From NCBI GenBank assembly GCA_964106915.2, contig OZ066915.1: a stretch of 64,000 bases of DNA; one strand, given 5' to 3'. A program made the position numbers and the translations under genes. Below are positions 25,791-39,000 of the stretch, piece by piece. This DNA is from Podarcis gaigeae. Its lineage: Eukaryota. A model generated the notes under the pieces. It saw only the letters and a program-made list of their open reading frames with translations, searched no databases and was not told the DNA's origin. Each line of letters starts with the position of its first letter. The stretch's first letter is position 1.

Positions 25791-28225
25791 CTGATGGAGT
25801 GCGAGAAGAGAAAATACAGGGGGAAATGGTGTTACCGGTAAATGCAAGAAGGCCAATCCTGTTAAGAACCCACCAGCCCTTCCACCACAGTGAGGGGTCT
25901 GACATTGCAAATAAGCAAAAACAGTTAGAAGGGATCCTTTAAGACAGGGATGAGGAACCTGTGGCCCTCCACATCTTGTTGGACTCTGGCTTCCATCAGC
26001 TCCAGATAGCATAGCCAATGGTCAGGGATCATAGGAGCCGTAGTACAAGAACATCTGGAAAGCTATGGGTTCTCCAGCCCTGCCTTAAACAGAATTAATT
26101 TAAAGCACGTAAGATGCCGCAATTTGAACCATATTCTAACCCTCTGAACCACGTGCCCCATCCCACTGGCCTGCACTCCAAGCATGATGGATACAGGTGC
26201 AAGAATCATCCTTGGAAGACCACAAGTAGAAAGAGCTCAAGTGAACATTCGAGGAAATGATGTTGGGTGGTCTGTTCCCAGATTAAAACACCATAGTGTG
26301 GAGACCTAATCTATTTTGTTGGATTAATCATTAATCCAGGGGTCAGCAAGGTTTACTGGCCATGGGCGGGACCACCCCCAAGGAGATCGTGTGTGAGCCG
26401 GACTGGTGCAGTGCAACACCAGAAATCACATCTGCGCATGTTCATGGTGCCTGAAATCGCTTTGCGCATGCCCAGATGCCAAAAAGCACACCTGCGCAGA
26501 AGCTATTTTCAGCATTTGACATGAGCAGACATGATTTCCGGTATCTGTGTGTGTGTGCAGATGCGAATGTCTAGGAACACTTTTTAAATAATAAGAATAC
26601 AAAGCTTAAAAGGAATGAACTGCAGCTAAAATATTATGTTCATTTTTCACAGGGTCTAGTCTTTCCCCTGCCCACCTCCCTAATCTTATTGAGAGGGTCT
26701 CTTCTCCAGTCTTCAGAGAGTAGCTGGAAGTGGGGAGGCAGAAAAGGGTCCTTTCCACACTGCCATTTTAATCTGAAATCTTAGACACAGTACTGCGCCC
26801 AGAGCTCAGAAACTGCTAGCACGAATGAAATTCGCGGTCCAAAATGCGCCTAGAACAACGGGAATTTCCAGCACTGGACACAGGTAGCTAACATCTGTAG
26901 CACTCTTGGTCAAGAGGTGGGGCAGCATGGAGAGACACTGCAGGCCTGTTTATGCCATACAGTGGAGCTTGAATTCCTGCCTGCCTCACCCATGGAGGAA
27001 GGGCTGCAACTTAAGAGATCTGCATGCAGAAGATCTCTGGCTCAGTCCCCAGCCTCTCCAGGTAAGGCTGGGAGTGTCTGGAGAGCTGATGCTAGTTGGC
27101 ATTCACAATACCAAGCTAGGTAGACAAAGGATCTGACTCGGGAAGCTGCATTCCTGTGTGCAACTGCCTGCTCTTTGTAAGCCAGAAACAAGAGCACTAA
27201 ATGACACTGTAGTGGCACTCCTGCCAGGAAAAAAATGGTTTTAACCTGCTTTTGCATCTGTTACTCTAGGGACTTGTGCTGAGAGCCAGCAGTAGAAATG
27301 GAGATGCAACACTGGCCCAACCAGAATGTTCAGGTTTTTATACCATTACATCATTCTTTTAATTGCCATTCTATTTCACACATATGCACGTACTCCAGAT
27401 CTCCTGTGATGAATCTGCCTTGCTGAGTCTCAGCAGTGATGCCAAATGCTCCTTTGATTAAGAGAGGAAGGCAGCAAAAACTGCCTCCAAAGTGAATACT
27501 AAGCTCAATTGTTCCACCTGCACCACCACCCACCAGCAAACAAATGGGTCAATCTGGCTGTAGAGGAAAGAGGCAGGGGGTGTGCTGGAAGTTTTGGCAA
27601 GAGGCAGACGAAAAGGGGCAGAAATTCACAGTTGTGAAACACAGAATACTTTTGTGGAAGCCAGGTTGCCTTTGCCTGTGGTGATGTTTATGGTGATGAA
27701 GGCAGGGTGAGGAAGCTAAGGCCTCTCTACCTGGCCACTGGGACTTTTACCAGGCCACATCCCTCTCCTGAGGCCACACCCCTCACTAGTCCTGTCTTGG
27801 CTGACTGAATATGTTCCTGGACTCTACTGCTTCTCGCCTGCCTGGATGGTGAGTATGTGTAAAATTATCTGACATTTGCAAAGCTGGAATTAGTCTACTG
27901 TACAAAAGGTAAGAATCTGCTGTGGTGCTGCTTCCTGGCTACCCCACTGCGGCTCCAAGCAGATTATCCACAAAGGAAGGCAGCCCTCAGGGTGAGAAAC
28001 ATTCCCCACCACTAAAATAATAACATTTGCTATTCTTTTATGGGAGAAGGCAAGCATCCTGATTCCTAAACCAACACCTTCAGTTACTTGATGCCAAACC
28101 CTGAGCAAAATTGATGGGCAAAAGAAAGCAATTACAAGAAGTCTGGGGAATTAGGTTATCGGGGTGCGGAGGAGTAAAATCTCCCTTGTACCAAAGTAGT
28201 TCTGGAACAGAGAGCTGTTTCTTAC

Positions 28226-28320
28226 CGCTTGCCATATGGGAGACTCTGGCCATTTTTTTGAGCATGCCATCCATGCGGCTGTGAGTGCTGTCCATCTCGT
28301 GGGCAAAGTCTTCCAGCATC
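28226..28320 (-). CDS. STX10: STX10 exon 7
   Basis: ttcag|G ATG..., [31 protein letters not shown], donor G|GTAAGA. Confidence 0.94.
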
Positions 28321-29133
28321 CTGAAAGGCCAGCATAGGCATTGTCAATGCAAGTGCCAACTGTCCACAGGGCAACCCTCTCCCAATAAGAGCTTCTGAGT
28401 CTTGCCTCCACCCCACAAAAATGTCAGCCAGGAATGCCGGCAGGTTGCAAGCAGTTTTCTTTTAGGGGTATCTTCCCTGCCAAGAGAGTTCAGAATCTAC
28501 TCATTCAAGCTACACCAGCATTTTCTAGTAATGGGATACACAACTGGGAGCCAGAGGTCCAATCTGTTCCAAGCATAATCCCTGATCCCAATAACCAGCC
28601 TTAATAAACACAAGGGTGCTCCCCTCTGCCAAGCCAAGATGCAAGGAAAAGGGTTTCTTAACTTGCTCCCTGGCAGAGTGAACAGCAACAGAGGTTCTGG
28701 CCATGTGCTCTCCTTGTGATGCTCACCCAGAAAATGGGGTTGGGCAGTGGAAGTGCACAGCAATGGGAGGGGGGCCCTCTGGCAAAGAAATCCGTTCCTG
28801 CTGAAGAAGGGCGGGAGGGAGAGGGTAAAGCACTCTTAGCCCCTATCGGGGGCTCACACAGGTACAGGAGCATCCTGTGCTCATGTCTCTGAAACTCGAG
28901 TCCTTCCTGAATCTGGTAGAAATGAGTGGCCACCACAGTTCTAGGTAGACAAAGGTTCTGGATCCTCTTTTCTGATCTAGCAGCGGCCTTGGGACTAGTC
29001 TGCTGCCATTTTATCCAGGCCCAACCTGCTAATGGGCCGTCCCCTTTGCTGCTTGCAAGGTTTGTCTAAAGAGCAAGATAGGAGTGTTGCAATACATCAG
29101 CACACACGCACACCCCACACTACCTGAACTCAC

Positions 29134-29240
29134 ACAGTCTGCTCATCCAGCTCTTCTCCGACCCGACTCGACATGTGCTTCAACACTCGAATGCTGCCAG
29201 AGACGAGCTCCAGCTGCTCATCCTGCTCCTCAATGATCAG
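29134..29240 (-). CDS. STX10: STX10 exon 6 (Qc-SNARE motif)
   Basis: gacag|CTG..., [36 protein letters not shown], donor GT|GTGAGT. Confidence 0.94.
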
Positions 29241-30261
29241 CTGTCAAGGAGAAAGCGAGAATGCAAGACATCAGCGGGGGAGTCTGTTAGAACTCAAAGC
29301 AAAGAGAAACTAAGAGGGTTCCTGCCCACAATACAACAATATGTTGTACAAAGAAGTCTCAGCCTCAACTGGACGCTGGCCTTCAAGGTGAAGGGAAATG
29401 AGGACCAAGCTGGAGCAGCAACTCTGGGAGTTAGGCAGCCATACTGTCACTTCTGACGCCCCACATATGACCCATAAATGTCCATCTTTTTGTGTGCATT
29501 TAGGCAAATGGGATCAAAACTCATTTCAACAGCAATCTTGAAAAACTGAAACTAGCGAATGCCTTTACAGGTTAATATCCCTTCACAGAAGTCAGCCCTC
29601 AGGATCTTGACTGTCACATTAATGTTTTGTCAAAGAATCCAGCACCTGAACAACAAGGTTATGGGGCTCATCTTCATTTAGCAAGAAAAGAAAGGCCTCT
29701 GGTACTTGCTCAATAGATGTCCTCCTGAACACACCCAGTCCAAGGAGGACAAATGTTTAATTCTTTATTGACAAAGAATTACAGCTCCTGAGGCGCACTG
29801 AACATGCACACACACACACACACACACTTCTGGTGGCTAGGTAGCTGGTGTCTCTCCTCAGGCTTGCACTCCAAGTTGGACTGTTGGACAGGTGGCCAGG
29901 CCTAGACCCCAAACTTAAGTACCTTCATCTGATGGTGTGAGCACAAGCAGCCTGTGACTTGTCCTACACTGAAGTTGTCACTGTGCCTGCCTCTTCAAGC
30001 TCCTCCTGGTCCTGGGGGACAGTGGGGAAGGGTGTGGAGGGGAGTCTGCTGGCCTCTTCCCTTCAGGCACTGTCTCTCCCTCAGTTTCTGGCTCGTCCTG
30101 TCCTTCCACTGTCTTTGACTGCTCAGACCCCTCTCCATCCTCCAGCTCAGGCTCCTGCCTCGCTGAAGGCCCACAACCACATAAACCACTACCCACTTCC
30201 CCAAGATCAGCCTCTGGTCCCACCACCGCTTCCGGTCACTCCTCAGAGCCTGGCCAGCCCC

Positions 30262-30435
30262 CAGTGCCAGATTACCAAATAGGCAGAGTAGGCAGTGGCC
30301 TAAGGGCCCCACATCTTTTAGGGGCCCCAAGACAATGGATAAAAATAATATTGATTCTATCTTGAAAGAAAATTACAAAAATGTATTAGGAGATAATTTG
30401 CATAGGGGGCCTCCACAGAGTTTAATCTGGCACTG
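30262..30435. mobile_element. hAT-type MITE
   Basis: TIR CAGTGCCAGATTA/TAATCTGGCACTG; TSD CCAGCCCC/CCAGTCCC; a related terminus lies near 62055-62071. Confidence 0.7.
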
Positions 30436-31117
30436 CCAGTCCCTGTGAATATATTGAAATGGCCATTTGGGAGGAGACCAGAGTGGGAAAAGAGGTTTGC
30501 TTTGGTTCTGAATAAACATGGAACAATTTGATTTCTAGCCTACTGTAAGTCATCCCAAAGACTGGATAATGTGTTTCCTTATCTTGACTGTCTTAACGAT
30601 AACCTTTTGATTAACCCATTATTATCCCATTCTCCTGCTGAGAAACAGAGGGCCTTGCCTCCTGCTTGGGTTTGAAACCATACTCACTGTAAGAAGGGGA
30701 GGCAGGAAGCATTTATCCTCACCTCCACTCAAGGATATCTGTCACCTGTAGTCTGACAGGGAAGAAAGAAGAAAGCAATTCCAGGGATTGGGACCCTGTG
30801 GCCTCCAGACGTTGCTAAACCACAGTGCCCATTGCCCCTGACTGCTGACTATGCTGTCCAGGATGATGGGAGTTGAAGTCCAACAACATTCAGAGGACCA
30901 CAGGTTCTTCACTCTTGTACGTGACTGAACCCACAGCTGGGGGAGAGGAGAGAGGTACAGGGAACAGGGAGTATACAGATGCTGTGAGCATCTTTTGCAC
31001 TAGAGCCCAAGATTTCTCTCAATGCAGGTATCAAGCTAGAGGACACGGTTAGGTCTCTGTAGGAAGGGATGTCAGTGAAAATGATGGACTGGGGTGGCTC
31101 ACTGTCACTGCTCTTAC

Positions 31118-31216
31118 CTTCTGATGCAACTGCTGCTCTTCCAAAGTATGTGAATTAGCTGTTGACAGTTCCTCTGCATCCAGCATCCCATAGTGTTCCC
31201 TGCTCCCCACCAGCAA
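31118..31216 (-). CDS. STX10: STX10 exon 5
   Basis: ctgcag|TTG..., LLVGSREHYGMLDAEELSTANSHTLEEQQLHQK, donor AAG|GTAAGA; 99 nt, in frame. Confidence 0.85.
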
Positions 31217-31275
31217 CTGCAGAGGGAGGAAAAGGGGGACACTATCTGAGCAAGCCCAGGATTCTTAGTGCTCCC

Positions 31276-31409
31276 NNNNNNNNNNNNNNNNNNNNNNNNN
31301 NNNNNNNNNNNNNNNNNNNNNNNNNNNNNNNNNNNNNNNNNNNNNNNNNNNNNNNNNNNNNNNNNNNNNNNNNNNNNNNNNNNNNNNNNNNNNNNNNNNN
31401 NNNNNNNNN
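31276..31409. other. Assembly gap (134 N) in STX10 intron 4
   Basis: Run of N; exons 4 and 5 join in frame across it. Confidence 0.99.
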
Positions 31410-31999
31410 GAATCTGAGGATTAAGTGGAACTCAGGGCCTAGGAAGAGCCTTTCTCTGGTAAGGAGATCAGGAACCTTTTTCACTGCATTCCAGAATTAA
31501 ATGGCTCTTAAAAGATGTGGGGTTGAGATCAGAAGCAATATTATGGATGATGCTCTCAGGTGGTTCTACTCCCTTAAGGGGGAATCAACAAGTGCATTTC
31601 ATAAGAGCTCTGGACTATAATCCACACTCCAAGGATACTGACAGTGAGACAAAGGATGTTTCACTTTAAAAAGAGAGAGAGACCATTCATCCAGGCAATT
31701 TGTGCCTTGCAGAAGAAAGCTGACCTTACCCTTGGTTAGATGACCAGCTCCATTTCCTTTGTGGCAAAGAAGCTCTAGACCAGCCTTCTCCAACCTGGTG
31801 CCCTTCATATGTTCTGGACTACAATTCCCATCAACCCCTGCCCACTTAGTGAGTGGGAGACTCTGGAGGTACCAGGATGGGGGATGCTACCGGGGATAAA
31901 GAGCTACCCTAGCCATTGCCAATTATAATTCTTTCCCTCACAGGGAATAAATTTCCAGCAAAACACTGAGGTGTGGTGAGGGTGGAAAAATGTGCTTAC

Positions 32000-32062
32000 C
32001 TCTCTGTTTTTCCTCTCCGCAAAGGCCTGTGCTGCCGGACTGGATATGTGATCTCGCATTTC
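32000..32062 (-). CDS. STX10: STX10 exon 4
   Basis: taaag|GAA..., EMRDHISSPAAQAFAERKNRE, donor GAG|GTAAGC; 63 nt. Confidence 0.9.
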
Positions 32063-32715
32063 CTTTAGTCAAGAAAAGGAAGCAGTAAGAGAATATAATC
32101 AGATGAGACCATGGCCTTTAAGAGTACACTAATAATAACAACAATAAGGGTGGGTTTTTGCAGAGGCACACAGTCTTGTCTTGTAACCCATCCTAAGTCA
32201 TAGGGTCCAAGGTAAATGGATAATTCATAGGGTCCAAGGGATATGGAAATAAATAAGATCACATGAGTTGACATCCTTGTAGATCACCGATGCGTCAAAA
32301 TATTGGATATAAAATGCAGTACTGTCCCAGCTTCAGCTACAAGTGTGGTATGGTGTTTAGAGTATGGAATTAGATCCTTCTTTTTTTAATAATAATTTTA
32401 AAAATACCCTCTCTCTCTCTCAGAATAAAGCACCCCAGCCACACACTTTTGTTAACACTTCCAAATCATCGCTCAACATTTCACTTACCGTAGCACACAG
32501 ATGGAGAAGCTGTGTCCCTCCAGATGTTATTAGACCACAATTACCATCATCCCTGACCACTGACCTTACTGGTGAGGGTTGTTGGGAGTCCAAGAACACA
32601 GAGAGCCACAGACTCCCTAACCCTGCAACAGAACTATTCCTGTTCCATATAATAAGCGTTTTATGCTGCACAGGCCAAAATGCTGCAGGAGTGACAAGGC
32701 ATACATTCGACTCAC

Positions 32716-32810
32716 CCTGACTGATTCCCGCATCTCTGTGACAAAAGTGCGCCGGGTGGCAACCTCAGAGGGCTCAATTTTGAACTTGCGCGGGTTTGAC
32801 TCCACAATGC
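32716..32810 (-). CDS. STX10: STX10 exon 3
   Basis: CIVESNPRKFKIEPSEVATRRTFVTEMRESVR, donor AGG|GTGAGT. Confidence 0.93.
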
Positions 32811-33455
32811 GTGTTCGTGAGTTAAGTTTGAGTCACCGAGTTAGAAAGCAGACAGAGCTACCTGGTTACAAATATCATGTGGGCCAATGCTGCATTTAAC
32901 CTACCAGATGCTCTCTGTCTGTAGCAGAAAGCTACCTATTTATTAATTCATTTTATTTAAGAAAGAATTTATATGGCACCCTACATCCGATTTTTCATTT
33001 CAGGGCAGTGCGCTACTACACTTTATAGGAAAATATAAAATAATAAGCAGATAGAGAAGAGAAAAGAACATTAAAACTGGGGGGGACGGGACCTTTGGTC
33101 CAGAGGCCAAATATGGCCCTCTAGTTCTCTTTGTCTGTATGTCACAATTTTCTGGGTGACATGCGCCAAAAAGGCAACATAGGCCCCAGATAAACCTCTT
33201 CAGCTAGGGCATGCCATAAAATTGGGGAATTACTGCTGAGAATGCCTTCTCTCTTGTAACTGAATAAGGGTTTACTCCCCTTCCAGTTCTTGCAAATATC
33301 CCTGCAAAGAGCAGGATGGGGGTGGGGGGCTGCTATTGCCTGCTGCTACCAACCTAGCAGCAGACACTGCCTTTAAAAAATGATGCAACATAATTCCCTG
33401 GAGAGGCAACCCCCCGCCCCCAGACGCTGTTCCAGCCCCAGCTTCAAAAGGATAT
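32811..33455 (-). other. U12-type (minor spliceosome) AT-AC intron 2 of STX10
   Basis: 5' end ATATCCTTTT, branch-like CTTAAC about 10-16 nt from the 3' end, terminal ...gaacAC. This pairing keeps the frame ETI-C-IVESNPRKF. Confidence 0.9.
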
Positions 33456-33625
33456 ATATGGTTTCCTCCAGGTCCTCCAGGTCCCAGTCGATGCTGCGTA
33501 GGCTGTTGCGTAGTTCATTAGTAGTCCAGTCAAATTCCTCTTTGCTGATGACCTGCGTCTCCTGCAGCAGCTGACACCAGCGCTGATAGAGCCCACGTGC
33601 TGCATTTACGGCTTTCTGAACTTCC
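33456..33625 (-). CDS. STX10: STX10 exon 2 (Habc domain)
   Basis: tgtag|G GAA GTT..., [56 protein letters not shown]; followed by U12 donor ATATCCTTT. Confidence 0.94.
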
Positions 33626-34208
33626 CTACAGAACACAAATACAAGAGAGTGGCAGGGATGGGGTGGGCGAGCCAGGACAGAGGACTATTTCTCCTGCCAA
33701 AGCCGTGAGACCACCAGACTGAACACAACACCCACCGGCCTTGCGTAGCGACAGCTCTGTTTCTGCAGCTGCAGGCAGGTGACAAGCGTAAGAGGTTTGC
33801 CAAACCCCTGGTGGGTTCCCATATATCATCAATTGGGTCCATTCAAGTGGGCAAACCGCAAGCTGTGCAGCTCTGTTCCACCTGACAGGGAGCCTCCCAT
33901 AAGGCAAAGTTTCCTCCCTCGAAGCAGCTGCATCTCTACACTGAGAGAGGTATTGTTGCATTAAAAACAAAACAGTTCACTTCAGAGGACTGTTCGGAAG
34001 GTGAAAATCTGTATGAATAGCTGTCCGGAGAACCACATGGTACTCCAGCCTCCATGTGTCTAGAGATGAGTTACCCTAGAGGAAATTGGGCTTGTAAAAA
34101 GCTGTGCCCTGGACCACTGGTGGCAGATAAGATTTGCCTCCTGGCAGAAAGGTTTTACAAAAAATTGGTGGTTCTTCATTCTTTTAGTCCAGTAGTAGCA
34201 AACCTCTG

Positions 34209-34561
34209 TGGAACGTGGGTGGCGCTGTGGGTTAAACCACAGAGCCTAGGACTTGCCGATCAGAAGGTCGGCAGTTCGAATCCCCGCGACGGGGTGAGCT
34301 CCCATTACTCGGTCCCTGCTCCTGCCAACCTAGCAGTTCAAAAGCACATCAAAGTGCAAGTAGATAAATAGGTACCACACTGGTGGGAAGGTAAACGGCG
34401 TTTCCATGGGCTGCTCTGGTTCGCCAGAAGCGCCTTAGTCATGCTGGCCACATGACCCCGAAGCTGTACGCCGGCTCCCTCGGCCAATAAAGCGAGATGA
34501 GCGCCGCAACCCCAGAGTCGGCCACGACTGGACCTAATGGTCAGGGGTCCCTTTACCTTTA
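34209..34561 (+). mobile_element. Full-length Sauria SINE (lacertid type) in STX10 intron 1
   Basis: tRNA-like head with A/B boxes (TGGCGCTGTGG, GTTCGAATC), ACCTTT tail, 13-bp TSD TAGCAAACCTCTG at 34196-34208 and 34565-34577. Confidence 0.9.
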
Positions 34562-35372
34562 ATTTAGCAAACCTCTGGCTAAAAGGATGTTCCTGGTCTG
34601 GGCTCCCAACTCCCTCCAGTCCCAGTCAGCCTGGCCAATGGTAAGAAATGATGGGAGCCAGAGTCTAACAAGGCTACAGCCCTGTTTTAGATCACAACAG
34701 CCTAGCACAAATATATGTGAATATTGCACACATTCAGCAGGTAAATGCATTTTGATGATCCCTCCTGTCCAGCCTTCCCCAACCTAGTGCCCTCCAGATG
34801 GTGATGGATTACAACTCCCATCATTCATAACTATTGTCTTTGTTGGCAGGAGCTTATAAGAGCTGCAGTCCCACCAATACCTGGAGAGCACTGGGTCAGG
34901 GAAAGTTGGATCTAATGAGAAGCAAGATACCTTCATTAACTCAAGTGGCATCTCATGCACTCCAGGAAACGACAGTCTGACAATTGCACTAGGATACCTA
35001 ACGGGTCATCTCAAATAAATATATACAAACCTAAAACCTTGAAGTCAGCTCCTTTGATGTGGAGACTAAGAAGAGTGATGTGGAGACTAAGAAGTAAGTG
35101 GGTGAGTATCTCATTGTTGGATACTTCATACGGAGGAGTACTTCTGCAACCATGCTTTGAGCACCCCATGGGCACTTCCATTTGGGGGCAGGCTGCTTGA
35201 GAGGGGGAGGGTCTCTCAACTCCAGGGAAATTTGGATGTCACTGATCATCTTGACACATTCCAGTCTGGCTTCATGCCTTAATTTGGCACTGAAACAGTT
35301 TTGGTCCCCCTAACAAATGTCCTTTGCCAAAAGATAGCCCTGGGGAGCATGATGCTATGAGTTGTCCTAGAC

Positions 35373-35510
35373 CAGGCATAGGCAAACTCGGCCCTCCAGA
35401 TGTTTTGGGACTACAATGCCCATCATCCCTGACCACTGGCCTGTTAGCTAGGGATGATGGGAGTTGTAGTCCCAAAAACATCTGGAGGGCCGAGTTTGCC
35501 TATATGCCTG
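35373..35510. mobile_element. Palindromic hAT-type MITE; many older relatives elsewhere in the window
   Basis: Self-complementary; 8-bp TSD TCCTAGAC at 35365-35372 and 35511-35518. Confidence 0.85.
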
Positions 35511-35772
35511 TCCTAGACCTTCCAGCAGCTTCAGTACAATCAACCTCCAAACTGGGGGTACCACATTCCAGTGGTTCTGTTGCTAGGTGTCTGAATTATT
35601 CCAGAAGTTGGTGCTAATGGCGTTTACCCAGTATTGCATTATTCATTTATTTATTTTAAATTAAAAGACAGAAACAAATAGTGGTGTCTGAAAGATGCAA
35701 ACTTGTAGGTAGCCTACAACTTGCCATCTCTTCCAGCCACTTCTGTTCCATTCCTTCTAATTCTGTACAGTA

Positions 35773-35979
35773 TAGTGGTACCTCGGGTTACATACGCTTC
35801 AGGTTACAGACTCCACTAACCCAGAAACAAGTACTTCAGGTTAAGAACTTTGCTTCAGGATGAGAACAGAAATCGTGCTCCGGCGCGGCAGCAGCTGGAG
35901 GCCCCATTAGCTAAAGTGGTGCTTCAGGTTAAGAACAGACCTCCGGAACAAATTAAGTACTTAACCCGAGGTACCACTG
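35773..35979. mobile_element. Tc1/mariner-type MITE, same family as 4309, inverted
   Basis: Same TIRs, body reverse-complemented, TA flanks. Confidence 0.85.
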
Positions 35980-36979
35980 TACTGGAAAGGCTACTGTGGC
36001 AGTGAATGAGATAAGGCACTGTTAAAACTACTGCAATTATAAAGCAGAGGTGTGGCCCTCCTGATACTGCTGGACTACAGCTCCCAGCATCCCTGGGCAT
36101 TGGCCATGCCGACTGAGGCTGATGGGAGCTGGAGTCTAACAACATCTGCCCAGGGGGGGCAGCATAGGTTTCCCATGTCTGCTATAAAATGGAATGTTCA
36201 CAGAGGATAAGTGTGGTGAAATGAATAACAGTAGATTTAAAGAGAGAGCAAAGCACAGAACTCTAGATCTCCTTGTTCCCATCTATGAGATCCAGCTGCC
36301 AAAACTCAACAGTATTCCTTCAAGCTGGCAAATTATATAGAGTCCCACCATTCACAAGATCAGTAGGACAAAATGAGGAAGGAGATCGAGGGACAAATTG
36401 CAACCAAGTATATTCAAGGGTTTTGGGGAATAGTCTGTTAATTATGAAATATGAAGCTGGAAAACACCACTAATTCCCAGTGGTTATTATAACCCCTTGT
36501 TATCCTACTCAGCAATTCTTTCAAAGTGCAAGTGTCAAGCAAAATACTTTACAAAAAAACCCCTATTTCTACAAACTAACTTCCTTTTTTAATCCTGTGT
36601 GTGTGTAAGTATACTTAGCTACAGAAACTGATTACTTGTCACAGAGACTTACTTTGGGGGCTGTAGCTCGTTCAGACACACGATTCTGCCATCGTGGAAA
36701 ATTTGTGCGCAGTAATTTTTTAGTAATGTCCACAGTTCCCCAAATATGAGCGGTCCATAAAATTTATGAACTGTGTTGTAGCAAGAACCCTAAATTGAGT
36801 CCCAATTTCGAGGCTGAAATGAATCCGCTTTGCTGTGACCCTGTGGCGGCTTTCGTGAGAGTTTGATCCATTAGGGTGGAAAATAAAATAATAATGAAGT
36901 AGGGCTGTGCCTTTATTAGGACCGGCTAATAAACGGAGTTTCGACGAAGTTCCTTAGCTGAGGCGGGTTTCTAATCAGA

Positions 36980-37750
36980 GTTCTCTAGCTTCTCGCCCCC
37001 GCCCCGCCTCCACATCCCCGCGTTACCCGACGCTTCCCACGCTCGCAGACCCACGCGGGGCCAGGCTGCCTTGCTGCGGCGCCTATCCTCACCAGGGGCG
37101 AGGAAAGACGGAGTTTGCGGCGGCCGTGGGAGTGGCTGCCACTCACCCTTTCACCACGAAGAACGGGTCCTCCAGAGACATTGCTGACCGGTCGAGATGC
37201 CTTCAGGAAAAGCCCAGCCGGCCGGAGAGCAGCGTATGGGGGCCAAACCATATAAGTCTATGAGCGAAGCGTCCCAGCCTGTCCGTCCCTCCCTCCTTTC
37301 CTGAGCTGAAGCCGCTTAGCAGCCACGTTTACTCCGGGCGCCTCTTTCCTAATAATAGCAGGCCGCCCTCTCTCAACTCAGCCCAACCCGGCGCTCGCTC
37401 CCTCCCCCACCCCTTCCCCTGCGAAAGTGGAGCCGGACTTTCCTGGGGAGGAGCCGGGGGAAGGGAGGAGAGCGCTTGGCGAGAGCAATCAGGAATCTCC
37501 CCTGGAGCTTCGAGCAGCCTCGCATTTCTTTCTTGGCCTCCTTTCTTTCTTTTCCTCCACCCTCCTCCGCCTCAGCTTCCTGGAGCTGGAAAATGCGTCA
37601 CTCTTACTAAGAAACGCGGCCCTAAAATAGCGCAGGCCGCACCCCGCCCGGCTTCCTGATTCATTCATTTTCCGCCTGCAAACTGAGCGTTTGAGATCTT
37701 GGGCTCCGCTCCTTGGGCGTGGGTTCCAAACCGCAGCTCCTTATCGGTTA
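36980..37750. promoter_or_regulatory. CpG-island promoter of STX10, divergent toward IER2
   Basis: High CpG around STX10 exon 1, GC boxes, CArG-like CCATATAAGT 37248-37257, MEF2-consensus CTAATAATAG 37349-37358. Confidence 0.65.
37147..37181 (-). CDS. STX10: STX10 (syntaxin-10) exon 1
   Basis: ATG at 37181, MSLEDPFFVVKG, donor GG|GTGAGT, in a CpG island. The eight exons sum to 741 nt = 246 aa + stop. Position between NACC1 and IER2 supports STX10 over its paralogue STX6. Confidence 0.93.
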
Positions 37751-38799
37751 CACTCTAGCCACTCATTCACACTGTAAGGGCGCCTGCAAAGAGGCTTACA
37801 GAGCGGTTTGCAAGTCCCTGCTTGATATGTGTGTGTGTGTGTGTGTTTTCAGTGCTTGCCTGTGGGTGAAGTGCAGATTTTAATTCATGTTGGTGGCGGT
37901 TGTTTAAGGGACCAGGAACAGTGCTTAGATTCAAGTCACAATGGAGTGCGCTCCTTTGTACTCCCCGCATTACTCTGTGCAATTTATTTCGGTGTAATAG
38001 TTAGCGTGACCAACGCATGCCCAGGCATCGGGCAGGAAAAGAGAGTCCGCGGGGAAGAAAGGTCGCCTGCGGAGACTCGGGCGTGATGCAAGAGTAAGGG
38101 AAAACGTGCCAGCTTGTAATACGAGACCAGCTAAAGATAGTCATTGCTGACTTCCCTAGGATGCGGGGCCCGATCTGACGCGTATTTTACTAATAAGTAA
38201 ATTCCGCTGCATTCATCGGAACTTGCCTCTTGATTAGAGTGTGTATAGGATCGCGATTTTACATATACCGATGTCTACTCAGAAGCAAGTCCCGCTGAGT
38301 TCAGTGGAATTTACTCCCAAGTAAGTATGTATGTGTGTAGGACCCTTAGCCATAGTGGATCGTGTACAGATCAATGCGGAGGCTTGGAATATGCTTGGGG
38401 ATGGGAGCTGTGCGCGCGTGAAGACAATGCGGCGAGGCTGTGGAGGGAACAACGCAGAGCACGTGCAAACGGGTTGCATGCGACCCAGCAAAGATGGTTG
38501 TGCATGGACGGACGGCATGTTGAGTTTATGAGAAGAAGGTAATACATTTAGATCACGCGGGAGTTCAGTGATAAGTATTTACAGACCTACGGCCGTGTTA
38601 TGTGCGAAAAAGAAAACGTATCCAGGCAATATTTGTTTTTAATACAAGCAGTATTTGTTTCTAATGAGGGAGTCTGTCCCTTTAGGTTACATTGCTAAGG
38701 CAGGCTTTAGTGGCTTGTGTGCAACTTGTGTATCTAGAGTGCCGTGTTACATCACGTCGCGGCAGTGTGTAAACAGAAGGGGGAGGGGCAAGCGCAGAG

Positions 38800-39000
38800 C
38801 CCTTCTTTGGACAGGCTCCCGGAAACTCAATGGAGTCTCTCGTCTGGTTGCCCATTTATGGACACAGGAAGCAGTCCTGCTACGAGCGTAAGCATATTTT
38901 ACAACGTTGGTAAACGCAGCCTTGGCTCCGCCCCTGTCGTCATGGTCCAATAATACATGCAAGGAAGCGGTAAGCAGAGAGGCTGGGGTGACCTAAATAG
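38800..39000 (+). promoter_or_regulatory. Serum response element module (CArG plus ETS) upstream of IER2
   Basis: Perfect CArG CCATTTATGG 38852-38861 with CAGGAAG 38865-38871 and CCGGAAA 38819-38825; GC box 38926, CCAAT 38947, TATA-like TAAATAG 38994. Confidence 0.65.

Noticed and set aside
31276-31409. Possible missing STX10 exon in the N gap
   Set aside because: Exons 4 and 5 join in frame and the 246-aa product is normal syntaxin-10 length.
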